Source of the DNA: a virus
Taxonomy: Duplodnaviria; Caudoviricetes
Virus record (IMG/VR): IMGVR_UViG_3300043432_000237
Span: 32,001 to 96,000 of that record
DNA length: 64,000 bases
Reading direction: 5' to 3' (one strand)
Positions 38,798-50,376 of the stretch are shown here, in pieces. The notes beneath the pieces are model-generated. The model ran no database searches. It saw nothing but the letters and a program-made list of their open reading frames with translations, and had not been told where the DNA came from. Every line of letters starts with the position of its first letter. Position 1 is the stretch's first letter. Made by a program: the position numbers and the translations under genes.

Positions 38798-40042
38798 TCA
38801 CGAGAGGCCTCGTTGCACGTGCACCACCGCGCGCACGTAGCTCGGAACGGTCGAAACGGGCGCCGCGTGCGCGCCGATCAGCGCCACGATGATCTCCTGG
38901 GAGGGCACTGGCTTACTGGTGGGCCAAAGCGTGTGCCCGTCGGTCAACAGGATGACGACGTCGCCGTGTTTGCGCGCCGCCTCCAGACCGTTGCCCAGGT
39001 ACGTGCCGCCGCCGCCCACCAGCTGGAGCTGGTCCACGTTGCGTACGAGCTGCGCCGCCGCGGCTTCGGTGTCGCAACAGATGACGGACACAGCGTGCTG
39101 TCCGATGGCGCGCACGATGCCCGGGATCTCGGCCAAAGCAAGCGGCAGCTCTTCTGCGGCACCCATGGAGCTGGAAGTGTCGAGCACGATCACGACCCGG
39201 GGAAGCCGGCGCACCATGGCAGGCAACAGCACCCCATTGAACGTCCCGCGCCGGCTGCGGCGCGCGTAGGAGTAGTCCTCGCAGCCCGTCGCCAAGCGGC
39301 AGGCCGCGTGAGTCTGGGCCATCAGGGTGCGCTCCCAGGGGATGGTGGGCGCGCGCAGGCGCTCGGTAGCCCAGCGCACGGTGCGCCCAGGCAGGCTGCC
39401 GTGCAGGCGCACGTGAGCCAGGATGTCCCGTGCGGTCTGGTCTCGAATCAGATCCACCTCGACCGGCCCGTAGCCTGGCACGGAGCTGTCGTCCCCCTCT
39501 TCGTAGTCTTGCGGCAAGCCGTGCGCAGCGCTGCCGCACATCAGGGGCGGAGTACTGGTGTCGTCGTCTCGGATCGCAGCGTAGTACTGCTCCCAGAACA
39601 GGTCTACGGGCTGCTGCAGCGTGCGCGGGAAGATCCGGGTCTCGTGTGCGGGCAGCCGGCCACCCTCGGCCTCCAGGTCGTCGTTGATCTCGGCGTCCGT
39701 GCACCGATTGATCAGCCACGCGGTGTGGGCCTTGCACGCGCTGGTGCCCAGCAGCGTCTCTGCCCGGTCAGCGTGCCCGCGCAACCAGTGCTGCAGCTCG
39801 TGCAGCAAGGCCCACGAGGCCTCCGCGACCTTCCAGCTCAGGGTCGGGTCCCAGTAGACGCGCCCGCGACGGTCCACCGCAAACGTGCCAAGGCCAGGTC
39901 GCCGCACGGGTACGAGCGCCGTGAGCGACAAGGCCAGGTAGGGGCGCTTGGTCAGCGCCGCGAGGCGCACTGCAGCGAAGTCGAGAGCCATGCTGATCCA
40001 TGGTACGGAGCCATCAGCCAGAGCTTCCCTGCAGATACTCAC
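38798..40042 (-). CDS. HExxH metallopeptidase-like plus VWA protein (DUF2201-like)
   Basis: LLHELQH; VLDTSSSM MIDAS; GGGGT; LTDG. Confidence 0.85.
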   Translation of the reverse strand: MSICREALADGSVPWISMALDFAAVRLAALTKRPYLALSLTALVPVRRPGLGTFAVDRRGRVYWDPTLSWKVAEASWALLHELQHWLRGHADRAETLLGTSACKAHTAWLINRCTDAEINDDLEAEGGRLPAHETRIFPRTLQQPVDLFWEQYYAAIRDDDTSTPPLMCGSAAHGLPQDYEEGDDSSVPGYGPVEVDLIRDQTARDILAHVRLHGSLPGRTVRWATERLRAPTIPWERTLMAQTHAACRLATGCEDYSYARRSRRGTFNGVLLPAMVRRLPRVVIVLDTSSSMGAAEELPLALAEIPGIVRAIGQHAVSVICCDTEAAAAQLVRNVDQLQLVGGGGTYLGNGLEAARKHGDVVILLTDGHTLWPTSKPVPSQEIIVALIGAHAAPVSTVPSYVRAVVHVQRGLS

Positions 40043-40943
40043 GCATCTCGCGTAACGTCTCAGCCCAGCCGTTGCCGCCGTCTTCGCCCGCGAAGGTCTG
40101 CAGCCCGAGGTCGATGTGCCGCAACAGCTCGGGCGTCGCGTCCCGCGGGCAGCCGGCGAGGCTCCACTGGTTGACCAAGCGGATGATCTGATTGAGCTGC
40201 CGGCGCCCCTGGTTCCACCAGTCGATCGGCGTGTTCTCGGGCCACTCTTTCCAGTGTCGCGCGGTCATCTGGAAGCCTTCACCGTGCGACGCAAGGCTGC
40301 CAAGGAGACGTCCGCTTCGGCCTCCTCGCGAGTCTTGCGCAGCACATCAGAGGGTATGAGCACGGCGCCGTCGCCGCGCACCAGGGCGGCAGGAAACCAC
40401 GCCACGCCCGCCGGGTCGACCAGCGCAAACCACTGCGCGGGTTTCCCCGAAACCTCCTGACGCACGTGCGTGCGCAGCGTGCAGACGAAGACCTGTCCCT
40501 GCCAAGCGACGTAGTAGAGCGGGGCCATTAGATCCACCGAGTAGACTGTTCGAGCTGGTCGAGCAAGCGTTTTCGCGCGCGCTCGATGCCGGCCACCACC
40601 CGTACCGCCGTCTCGGTATCGCCGCGGATCTTCTCGATCAGGAGGGTCGACGCGATCATCGGATCGGCGGTCGCGACGACCTTGCCGGACTTGGCGCACA
40701 CCTCCACCAGCCGCACAGTGTGCTTCTGGCTGCCTGCCTGCCAGGTGTCGAGCAGGATCGCGGCCCGCGCGTTGTAGCGCAAGCCGATCCGCACGGGCCG
40801 CATGCGCAACAAGCTCACTCCGTGATCAATGAGCATCTTGCGCAAGTGCATGACGGTGCGTAGACCAGCGCACAGCAGCTTGTGCAACCGCTCGGGGTGG
40901 CCGTCCAAGGCGTCCAGCGTGATGTCGGTGCGTAGCCGAGCCT

Positions 40944-42107
40944 TCATCGCCCACCTCGCATCATGCCAGCGGCCTGCAGCAGCGGCCGGAACAGCTCGAC
41001 GGCCTTGGCCGCCTCGACAGGGTAGCCGTCCTGGGGAGCCACTTTTACCGACGCCAGTGCGCGCATGGCCATTGCCGCGATGTCCCCGTGCCCGAGCTGG
41101 TGCGCCCGGCCCATCACACGCACCCCAGCCGACCAGCGCGCCTTGGTGTTTTCGCGCAGTACCGCGTTCGTGACCTCGGTCAGGATCACGAAGATCTTGT
41201 CTCCGCGCGGCGGCAAAACGAGCCGATCGGGATGCGCCAACAGCTCCTCGGGATCGGGCAGATCCAGGTCCACGGCGTAGGCCAGGAACGCGGTCGCCGC
41301 AGCCGGGCCGACGCAGCCAGACACCAGCAGGCGAGCCAGCGGGCTGATGTTGCCCTGGTGCTGAGGCAAGCCCTGCCCGAACGAGCCCGCGGCAGCCAGC
41401 AGATCCATGGCCGCCGTCCAGCTGCGGAAGCTCGGCCACGGGCCGGACCGCGCCGCGGCATCCGTCGGCAGGTTGTCGATCGCGCTGGGCATGTGCTGCG
41501 CGAAGCCCGCCACGACCGCCCGCACGCGGTCGAGCCCCGCGCGCCAGTCGTCGGCCACGGTCACCACCGGTGGCGGCGGAAAGCCGCGCAGCATCTGCTG
41601 CACCCAGTAGTCCACGGGCATCTGCCAGGTGAGGTGGCAGAAGCGATTGGCCAGCGGCGCGCTCAGCGCGGTGCCGCTCTCCGCCTGCTCGGGCGGGTTC
41701 ATGGCCGCCACGGTGGCCAGCTTCGGGATGTGCACGTCCCCCCAGGTGCCCTCGTGCACGCCGCGCATGGCCGCGGCCCGGGTCGCCGGTGGCCCGTTGC
41801 CCAGCTCGTCCAAGAACAAGCCCGCGCGGTGCTCGGCCTGCGCCAACCGGTGCACCCAGTCGCACGGCACGAGCGCGACGACGGCGGGCTGCGTCTCCGT
41901 CGCGGCCTGGGGACACGGATAGCCGCCGTACTCGGGCGGCTCGTGCAGCGCCGCGATGCTGACGTGCGACTCGTCGCAGAGCGTCCCCAGCAGGTGCCCC
42001 ACAATGGAGGTCTTGCCGCAGCCCGGCGGACCCGTGAGTAGGCAGGCCACGCGCGCCTGGATGCAGACCGCCACCGCGTCGATCGTCGTCTGAAAGTCCG
42101 TGCTCAT
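40944..42107 (-). CDS. MoxR-like AAA+ ATPase
   Basis: GPPGCGKT Walker A; LFLDE Walker B; AAMNP; PLANRF. Confidence 0.9.
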   Translation of the reverse strand: MSTDFQTTIDAVAVCIQARVACLLTGPPGCGKTSIVGHLLGTLCDESHVSIAALHEPPEYGGYPCPQAATETQPAVVALVPCDWVHRLAQAEHRAGLFLDELGNGPPATRAAAMRGVHEGTWGDVHIPKLATVAAMNPPEQAESGTALSAPLANRFCHLTWQMPVDYWVQQMLRGFPPPPVVTVADDWRAGLDRVRAVVAGFAQHMPSAIDNLPTDAAARSGPWPSFRSWTAAMDLLAAAGSFGQGLPQHQGNISPLARLLVSGCVGPAAATAFLAYAVDLDLPDPEELLAHPDRLVLPPRGDKIFVILTEVTNAVLRENTKARWSAGVRVMGRAHQLGHGDIAAMAMRALASVKVAPQDGYPVEAAKAVELFRPLLQAAGMMRGGR

Positions 42108-42397
42108 GTGTCGTGGTACTCCAGAGAAAGAGAAAATCTCCCCAGCTCAACTAGACTTGGGATAGAGCCGCTCGGCCAGCTCGCTCAGGCGGTTGCGCGT
42201 GTCGGTCTGCTCCGTCGCCGCGAGGTCCAGCAGCAACCTGATGACATCGCTGGCTCGGAGATAGGTCACCTCGCCCACGACCACAAACCGCACGACCACG
42301 TCGGCTTTGCCCATGTCTCCTGGTACGGAACCGCTCTGTAGTTCTCCCCTGAAAAAAAGTAGGGGAGATCGCGGTGCGCTTCGGGGTACCACGAAGC

Positions 42398-43114
42398 ATG
42401 ACCGTCTCCCACGAAGCCGCCCGAGGGTGCGGCTACCGCAAGCCGAGCATGAATGGTGTGGGCATCTACCTGGTGGGGCCCGACACCCAGCAGCCCTGTG
42501 GCCGGCTGCCCATCCCACTCACGCACTGCTCGTGCTGCGGCGCGGGCATCAAGCCCAGCCGCGGCTGGACCTGGATCCGCCCCCGGGAGCTGTTCGGGGT
42601 GCCGGAGAAGCCGTGCCCGCCCCAGCGGGTCAACAACAAGTTCACCAAGGCGCCCTGTGACACCTGCTCGCTGGGCACCGGCATGCCCGCGGGCCAGCAC
42701 GGGCTGTTGTGGGTCGGCGAGGCGTTCTATCCTCGCCCCGAGGACTTCACCCGCGAGGCGGCGCGCATGGGGCTGTCGCGCAAGCTGGGCGCCTTGCCGC
42801 GCGGCTTCGAGCTGGGCGTGACGCGCGTCTACCTGGCGCACCGGCGCGCGTGCTGGAACCCCGAGACGCAGCAGTACACGGCGGGCGTGTTCTCGTCGTT
42901 CATTCCGATCAGGATCGATCTGGTGGTCGCCGACGACGAGCACCCGCCCGAGCGCGCGGTGCAGCTAGCGAAGCAGCTGGGCGACCGTGCCAACATCCTG
43001 CGCGTGGTGCCGCTGACGCAGCAGACGGAGATGTGGCCTGTCACTGCTACGGAGGAGCCTGAAGCAACGACGACCGACGAGGAAACAGGAGGATCGCATG
43101 GCGAAAGAGAATGA
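42398..43114 (+). CDS. Cys-rich hypothetical phage protein
   Basis: RGCGYRK, CGRLP...CSCCG, LLWVGEAFY. Confidence 0.6.
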   Translation: MTVSHEAARGCGYRKPSMNGVGIYLVGPDTQQPCGRLPIPLTHCSCCGAGIKPSRGWTWIRPRELFGVPEKPCPPQRVNNKFTKAPCDTCSLGTGMPAGQHGLLWVGEAFYPRPEDFTREAARMGLSRKLGALPRGFELGVTRVYLAHRRACWNPETQQYTAGVFSSFIPIRIDLVVADDEHPPERAVQLAKQLGDRANILRVVPLTQQTEMWPVTATEEPEATTTDEETGGSHGERE

Positions 43115-44079
43115 ACTGCAAGAGTGCTTGCGTCAGGAGCGCAACGAGATCGCTTATCGGCTGTACTGCTGCCAGAAAGAACGCGACCGTGGGCTGGACG
43201 AACGTCTGCACACGGTCGATGCACTGAACGCGGTCACCAAGCAGCAGGACGAGATCCGGCGGGCCCTGAACACCGCTTTGGGGTCGACTGAGCCTTCCTG
43301 CCACATCATGAACCTGGTGGGCGCTGCTGCTGATGCGTTGCGCCAGCTGCGCGATGAGCATCTCAGCGTGCGCGCTACCCTGGCCCCTGTGCTGGCGGCG
43401 CGCGGGTTTCCCGGGTATCCCAACCGCGCGCCAATCACAGAGCTGGTCGCGGAAGTGGGAAAGCTGGCTGTGCGGACCTTGACAGCCGAGGACGCCATGC
43501 AGCAGGCGCACGAGCGCGCCAGCGCCGCGGAGGCCAAGTTGTCAGCTCTGCAAACGCTGGTCGAAAGCAGCCCGAAGAGCAAGCTGGCCACCGAAGCATT
43601 GCTGCTGCTGAAGTCTCGACGCTGAGGAGCCTGAGGCATGAGCAAAAAGAAACGCATTCGCGAGTTGCGCCGCACGGTGGCGCAGCTGCAAGCCGCCCGC
43701 GCGCGCACTGACGCGCTACTGCGCGATTTGGACCGCGAGCTAACGGTGGTGCTGGGCTCCAAGATCGCGCCGCAAGCCTCGGGTCTCTGGGGAACCGCCC
43801 CGGAGCTGTTCTGGTTCGCGGAGAATTCAATCACGGCCCAGGTCATGCCGGCGTGGGTGCTCCTGAACGGGCACGTTGCGCACAGCGCGCATCCCGAGAT
43901 GGATCGCTGGCAGCTGGTGTCCCTGATGGAGCTGGAGGCGCTGGTTGGTCCAGCACGAGCGCAGCGTTTCAGGGAGCGCCCCACGGACGCGCTGCCCAAC
44001 GTGCCGTGTCCCGAGATCCGGTTTCCTCTCGGCACCTACGAGCGCCTGGACGCGCTGCGCGCGAGGGTACGGGGCAAAT

Positions 44080-44740
44080 CATGAGCTACCACGACATGCA
44101 CGATCAGCGGTTGCGCAAGCACCAGTGGTCGATGAGCGCATTGCTGGTGGAGCACCAGCTGCAGGCGGAATCGTACTGGCCTGGCGGTGCTCGCTGGGTG
44201 GTGGGCAAGCCGGGGACCAGCGTCCTGAGGTTCGAGGTGATCGCGGGCATCTGCGGCTCGCTGATCGTCCACGGTGATATCGACATCGTGCGGTTCGGTC
44301 ACTACAGCGACCGGCGCGATGCGTGGAGCCGGTTGCAGTGGATGGCCTTTTGTACCGACGTGGACTACTACGTGGCGCAGAAGGCCTCCATCGGCATGGG
44401 TCGGGTTAGCGATTCAATGATCTACGACGAGGACGTGGCCCGGGCGGAGCTGTTGCGTGACCTGAAGGAAGCGCAAAGCGAAGGGCCACCTGCGCTCGCA
44501 AAAGTCCTGGAGGAAGCGCTGGAGCACTACACCGAGGACGAGCACGAGCTGCGCAACTTCCTGGCGTCGGCGGGCAACTGGGACCTATGGGAGCGCGAGT
44601 ACGGTAGGTGTCTGTCTCCCTCGGTCATCCTGGCGCACCTGGCGCTGAACAAGACCGCTTGCTTGCTGCAGGAGAAGTACGGAGAATCGGGACCTCCACT
44701 GGGAAGGATGCAACATGATGGAACTGGAAGAGCTGAGTGA
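44080..44740 (+). CDS. Hypothetical phage protein
   Basis: LIVHGDID...DYYVAQK; overlapping start. Confidence 0.55.
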
Positions 44741-45284
44741 CGACGAGCTGATCGAAGAGCTGCTGTGCCGTCAGGGCAAGGTGTCGGTGGCCACCGCCGA
44801 GGCGCGTATGCAGGTGGCCATCGAAGCCGCGAACGGCGACGAGCGCCAAGCCCTGCAGGCGCTGGAGCGCGCCCGCCTCGACTTGGTCGAGACCGCGCTC
44901 AATCTGCTCACCACCTCGGGCGCTTCGGCGCCTGCGCCGAGCCTGGCCGCACAGGCGCACGTGATCTGGGCACACGACCTGCTGCTGGAACGCCTCGAAC
45001 CGGACGGCGAAGACGACGACGAGTCATGAAGCGCAAGCGCTGCCCGCTGTGTGGACGTAGCCGCTGGATCACGTCTTTCTACCCCTGCAAGGCGGCCAAG
45101 GACGGCCATCAGCGCCTCTGCAAGGACTGCGACAACCAGGATCGCAAGCGTAGGTACAACCAGCCCGTCTCGCGGGATGCGCCCTGGCGACCCAGGCTGG
45201 TCCGCAAGATCTGTCCGGTGTGCAACAACCTGGGTCACGCGCGCCCACCGGAGGGTTGCCCAGGCTGCAAGCGCCCTCCCACCC

Positions 45285-45323
45285 TTGACGGATAAACGCT
45301 AGCTGTGCTAGCGAGGAGCTAAC
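45285..45323 (+). promoter_or_regulatory. Promoter with GCTAGC boxes
   Basis: TTGACG 45285; GCTAGC 45298 and 45307; GCTAAC 45318; ATG 45328. Confidence 0.65.
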
Positions 45324-46891
45324 ACTGATGGCGGAAGAGGAGTTCGAGTACTACGAGACGCTGGGCTACGACTCTGGCGCTCCGCCCGATCCGCCTCGCG
45401 AGGCGGGCGCCGGCTGGGTGCTGCACGAAACCTTGCCACCTGCTGCGGGCCGGGCGCTCTACGTGTTCCGGTGGAGGCGCGCGTGTCCCCAGACGCAATC
45501 TGGATCCTGAACTGCCGGCGGTGTGACGACTTGTTTCGGGTGATCGAGACAATGCGGAGCTGCCAGTGCGCGCACGTGTCGGGCCAGCTGGATGCGCAAG
45601 AGCGCCCCCAGGTGGAGGGCATACAGGGACGACTGCTGCGCATCGACTGGGAAGAGTACGACGGCGCCGCGGTGGGCGAGGCGCGCCGGTGGGTGGTGGC
45701 GCAGGACGAATTGCCGCTGAACGAGGAGGGCTGAACCGATGCAAGAGGACGCATTCGACGGCGCGGACTACTACGACTGTCAAGACGCCGAGGAACTGAT
45801 GCACGAGAGCGCGAGCGAGGCCATCGCGGATCTGCTCGACTGCTGGGTGACACCCCCCTGCGACACGCCCGCGGTGATTCAGGAGCACTCTCCGATCACG
45901 GTGACGGCCTACCGGCACGTGGAGATCTCAGAGGCGGAGTTTGCCACCCGGGCGTTGCACGCAGCGCAGTCCATTTTGGAAGCGCTCGACGAAGAGTACG
46001 GGGACCCCGACGGCCACCACGTGTTGCGTCAGATCGAAGAGTCGTTGGGAGCTGCGCTCGCACCCGCACTGCGCGCGTGGTGCCAGGAGCACTACCAGCC
46101 CTGGATGTGCAACCCGAGCGGCAAGCGCGTGTACGACGCGGACGCCGTCGAGGCACTCATGCGAAAAGACAAGCCGGAGTGGTTCGAGGCCACCACCGAA
46201 TCAAAGGAGCAGAACCCATGAACGACGAGTTGCGCCACCGAAACCCGACCCTTGCAACCGCGCCACTGGCACTGCAGTCGCTTGTCACACGCGCCTACCT
46301 GGACGATCCGGTGCGCACAGACCGAGAGCTGCGCGAGCTGGGATTCGAGGCGTTGGCGCGCGAGCTGGCGATCGACCACCAGACGGGTCGCCTGCGCGAG
46401 AATCAGGCAACGCTGGAGCCGGGATATGCGCCGTGACGGACTTCAGGGAAAAGGTCGTCGCAATACTGGATGGGTGGGGAGCGAACGACCCCGCGAACCG
46501 TCCTTGTAGCGCGCGGGGGCTGTACGAGCTGCTGTGGCCGATCTTCGCGCAACACTTTCACGTTGCGGAGGCAGCGCGCGCGGCGGCGCTCACGCTGCAG
46601 GTGGCGACCGAGTCTTTGGAGCGCGGCGGCTACTCGTCGTCGCGCATCGTGGAGCGACTGCGCGAAGAAGGACTCGCGCTCACCATGAGCGATCTCTACC
46701 CGCACGCACTGAACTTCGCCAACGCGACGGTCGACAGCCAAGCGTTGTTGGCGTTACGCGAAGCCATCGACGAGCATCTCCCGCACTACGAACCCGAGCA
46801 CGAGAACGGCGACTACGAAGCGGTCGTGCGGATCGCTGGTGCGGAGCTGGTCAAGCTTACCGCCTAACTGAATGTCCGAAAGAAGAAAATC

Positions 46892-47833
46892 ATGAAAGAC
46901 CTACAGACACTGAAAAGTGATCGTGAGCGCGCAACCGTCGTGACGGTCACTCCGGCGCTGGCCCAGGAGCTGCTCAACAACAGCATCGGCAACCGTGCCT
47001 TGCGCAAGGGGGTTGTGGAGCGATACGCGCGCGAGATGTCCGCCAAGCTCTGGAATTGCGAAGCTCCGATCTTCATCATGGTGGACCAGCGCGCCAGGCT
47101 GATCGATGGCCACCACCGACTCACAGCCCTTATTCGTGCCGGGGTCACATTGCCGTTGCGCTTCATGCTTGGCGTGGATCCTGTGCACATGGCCAAGCTG
47201 GACGGCGGCGAGATCCGCACTCTCGGAGACCGGTTCACGGCGTGGTGTCAGGACAAGGCCGTGCGCGACCTTGTGGGCGCCTCGCCGGGCCGCGCCACTC
47301 AGGCAGCCGCCATCGTAGGATTCGTCTACAAAATGCTCACGGGACAACAGAAGCCCGGTCTCGAACCGGCCATCCGTATCGTGCGGCACTACAAAGACAG
47401 TCTCGACTACGCCCTTACGGTTTGCGGGGCCAACCACATCACACGGCGCTCTGCAGTCATGGCAGCGGTGACGATCGCCCACCGCTACGCGCAGCAGGCG
47501 GGCGAGATCAAAAGACTCACTCACTTCACCGAAAGCCTGGTCTCCGGAGAGATGCTCGAAGCCGGAGAACCGGCCTTCACGTTGCGCAACTACCTGATCT
47601 CGACCAAGGGCAAGCGCGACACTCGAAACGTGGCGGTTGCCAGGGTGGACAGTCAGTGGGTGATCTTCGTCAAGACCCTGCACTGCATGCGGCTGGCGCT
47701 TGAAGGCCAGCTGACGCGCAAGCTCATTCCTCCCCGCGATCCCGTTGCGGCCATCGAATACTTCACTGGCGACCGGCGCGAATTGGCGCGTGCCTTGCGA
47801 CTGGACGCAGCTCTCACTAAAGCCGTCGAGTAA
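46892..47833 (+). CDS. ParB/Srx-like N-terminal domain protein
   Basis: VTPALAQELL...NRAL...VERYAREM...LIDGHHRLTAL. Confidence 0.75.
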   Translation: MKDLQTLKSDRERATVVTVTPALAQELLNNSIGNRALRKGVVERYAREMSAKLWNCEAPIFIMVDQRARLIDGHHRLTALIRAGVTLPLRFMLGVDPVHMAKLDGGEIRTLGDRFTAWCQDKAVRDLVGASPGRATQAAAIVGFVYKMLTGQQKPGLEPAIRIVRHYKDSLDYALTVCGANHITRRSAVMAAVTIAHRYAQQAGEIKRLTHFTESLVSGEMLEAGEPAFTLRNYLISTKGKRDTRNVAVARVDSQWVIFVKTLHCMRLALEGQLTRKLIPPRDPVAAIEYFTGDRRELARALRLDAALTKAVE

Positions 47834-47850
47834 GCGGCCAGAAGCAAGTG

Positions 47851-48120
47851 CTAGCGACGCAGCACGCGAGGCAGGAGGGCGTTCAGGCGGCGCTGGCGTT
47901 CTTGGCAGGGGGAGCACTGCTCGATGCCCAACGCCCCGGTGGCTCGCGCGACCAGATCTCCAGCACCGTAGAAGCGGGGGTCGACCGGCTGCACCGGGTG
48001 CTCGTGCTCTTGCAAGAAGCGTTGGGCTTGCAGCTCGTCCTGGGGAATGGCGGCCACGCGGCAGACCGAGCAGAGCAGCTGCGTGCCCTGGTGGGTGCGG
48101 CGCGAGAACACGTGCGACAT
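47851..48120 (-). CDS. Small Cys-motif phage protein
   Basis: GAGDLVARAT..LGIEQCSPCQERQRRLN. Confidence 0.55.
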   Translation of the reverse strand: MSHVFSRRTHQGTQLLCSVCRVAAIPQDELQAQRFLQEHEHPVQPVDPRFYGAGDLVARATGALGIEQCSPCQERQRRLNALLPRVLRR

Positions 48121-48200
48121 GGCCGTCAGTATACCGAGTTGAGAATCAGGTGTCAGATCTCTGGGCGGGTCGGCGTCTAGCAGACAGGAGGCCACGAACA

Positions 48201-48668
48201 ATGAAGCTCTCGCCCGACTCGCACCTGGACCACGCCCTCACCCCCGCCCACCTGGAGTGGCTGCTGTGGCGCTTCCGCGACCGCCAGGAGTTCTTCCTGG
48301 AGACCATCGAGCTACCACCCGAGCTGCCTTCGCTGGAGTGCGGGCTCCATGGCCCGCTGGTCGGCGATCCGCCGGTGCCCGAGACCGAGGTGACCTACCT
48401 GGTCCGCGGGCAGCGCTCGGGCCCGAGCCGGCTCTGCGCCCGGCCGCCGCGTCCCACGCGGTTGCTGACCGTCATCGCCGGGCCCGACGGGGAGGAGCCC
48501 TGCGTGCTCTACACCGCCTTTGGTGGGCCGGCGGCGCCCCGAGAAGGGTTCGACGTGTCCCTGCAGTCCGACGAGGTCCAGCAGGCGTCCAGGGCCTTCT
48601 GGGAGGAGCATGCTCTTTCCGGGGGAGATCTGATCCAGGCTGCCCGTACCACCGAGGAGGAGCCATGA
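48201..48668 (+). CDS. Hypothetical phage protein
   Basis: SD AGGAGG; SHLDH...LYTAFGGPAAPRE. Confidence 0.65.
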   Translation: MKLSPDSHLDHALTPAHLEWLLWRFRDRQEFFLETIELPPELPSLECGLHGPLVGDPPVPETEVTYLVRGQRSGPSRLCARPPRPTRLLTVIAGPDGEEPCVLYTAFGGPAAPREGFDVSLQSDEVQQASRAFWEEHALSGGDLIQAARTTEEEP

Positions 48669-49018
48669 AACTGCCGCGCAAGGACTGGTTGACTCCCCAC
48701 CCCGAGCTGCGAGGGGTGTTCGTGGGCGGCTGCGTCGAGCGCGGAGTGGGCTCGAAGTTTCGGGCCAAGGCGCACGCGCACACTGCGGGCCCGTTCCGGG
48801 GGTGGATCTGTTTCCGAGGCAGCCGCTGGCTGCACGTCCGCATGCTCTGGTTGCACGAGCTAGCGCACGTCGTCACGCGCGAGGGGCACACGCGGCGCTG
48901 GCGAGAGTACCTGCTCGCCATCGGCGGCACGCTCGATCCCGTTTACGACGGTGAGCCGGTCGACAAGAACTGCGTGCTGGGGTCCTATCATGCTGAGACC
49001 AGGAAGGTGGCAGCATGA
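48665..49018 (+). CDS. Minimal HExxH zincin (SprT-like)
   Basis: WLHELAHVVTREGHTRRW. Confidence 0.6.
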   Translation: MKLPRKDWLTPHPELRGVFVGGCVERGVGSKFRAKAHAHTAGPFRGWICFRGSRWLHVRMLWLHELAHVVTREGHTRRWREYLLAIGGTLDPVYDGEPVDKNCVLGSYHAETRKVAA

Positions 49019-50376
49019 GGGAGCTTGCCGACCTCGCGCGCAGCTACAGCTCTGGCCAAGTCCAGGGTCTGTACCGGCGCTGGTGCCAGTACCGCACGCT
49101 GGACTCCTCGGTGTCCGTGCTGGCGCCGCACCTGGACGCGCTGCCCGATGACGAAGCACGCGATCGTGGCCTTGCGCGGTCGCTTCTGAACACCCTGAAC
49201 TACGCCACCGCCCGCTCGAAGATGAGCCGCCCGGACGACGAGGAGGCGGCTACTCCTGCGTGTATCGCGGCGGGCGCGCTGCCCTGGTCGCTTCACCAGC
49301 AGCTGGACGAGCTGGAGGGCTGGATAAAGGCGCACTACGGCTCAGTGAGCGATGAGTGGGAATTCCTGCCGCGCACAGCGCACGAGACCATGCCTCCGAT
49401 CGTTCTGATGGGGCAAGTTTTTCAGGGCCTGATCCAACACTACTCTGCGGATTCCTGGGTCGACGCCTTCGGTTGCTTCACCGACGACTTCGTGCGTGTC
49501 TGGCCGATTGCAGTCCTTTGGATCCGAGGATGGCTGCAGCGCGACATTGAAACGAACGGTGGACTGGTGGACTTCGGCTCGACCTGGTGCCAAGCGGGCT
49601 ACGCGCAGCTGGTCGTGCACCAGCCGCTGGCAGCGGCGTTCGCGCTGACCGACGTGCCCGACAGTCTGATCCCGGAAGAGTTGCCCTGGCAGGCGTTCCG
49701 AATCTTGCTACCGAAGAGCCCAGTCCTTGTGCACGGGCCCAATTTCGAGGGTCGGTTCGACGAGCTGTGGCTCTGGAGCACTCTTGCAGATGGCGGAACC
49801 ACAACGATGTGGTGCTTGGGCGGCAGTTTGCTGTCTACGTTTACGAACGGATCCGTCCAGCGCAACTTCTGGGTGATCGCGCGCGGAGCGACTTCGTTGC
49901 GCGCAGTCACTCAGACGGTGCAGCGCCACGTGTCTGAGCTGTCAAAAACGAAGCGCACCGAGCTGGTCACCGTGGCCAGCGAGTCGGCGCGCGCACTGGT
50001 GAACATCTTGCTGTGCGTGGCCGTTCAGCTGGCGGAGCGCAACTTCGAGCGCGCGCCGGCAAAGAAGGCACCCAAGGGCAAGCGCTGGCGCGCTCCGAAG
50101 CAACAGCCGGTCACCACGGACTACGTGTTGGGTCGCGACATCAGGGTCACGGGGCCAAACCTGGCCCCGGTGGTCGAGGCGATCTGCCGGGGCGAGAAAA
50201 AGTTTGGGCTGAAGCAGTGGATGGTGCGCGGGCACAAGCGCGAGCAGGCGCACGGGCCGCGGCACAGTCTGCGCAAGACGATCTGGATCCAGCCCTTCTG
50301 GAAGGGGCCAGTCGATGCGCCTATTCTCAAGCGCTCGCATGAGCTGCAGGAGGATTCCCATGCTCATGACAGCTGA
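49015..50376 (+). CDS. Conserved-type phage protein
   Basis: C-terminal VRGHKREQAHGP...IWIQPFWKG motif. Confidence 0.65.
   Translation: MRELADLARSYSSGQVQGLYRRWCQYRTLDSSVSVLAPHLDALPDDEARDRGLARSLLNTLNYATARSKMSRPDDEEAATPACIAAGALPWSLHQQLDELEGWIKAHYGSVSDEWEFLPRTAHETMPPIVLMGQVFQGLIQHYSADSWVDAFGCFTDDFVRVWPIAVLWIRGWLQRDIETNGGLVDFGSTWCQAGYAQLVVHQPLAAAFALTDVPDSLIPEELPWQAFRILLPKSPVLVHGPNFEGRFDELWLWSTLADGGTTTMWCLGGSLLSTFTNGSVQRNFWVIARGATSLRAVTQTVQRHVSELSKTKRTELVTVASESARALVNILLCVAVQLAERNFERAPAKKAPKGKRWRAPKQQPVTTDYVLGRDIRVTGPNLAPVVEAICRGEKKFGLKQWMVRGHKREQAHGPRHSLRKTIWIQPFWKGPVDAPILKRSHELQEDSHAHDS

Noticed and set aside
40944-42107. AAA+ ATPase as the genome-packaging motor
   Set aside because: Motifs and the VWA partner indicate MoxR type, not FtsK/HerA or terminase.
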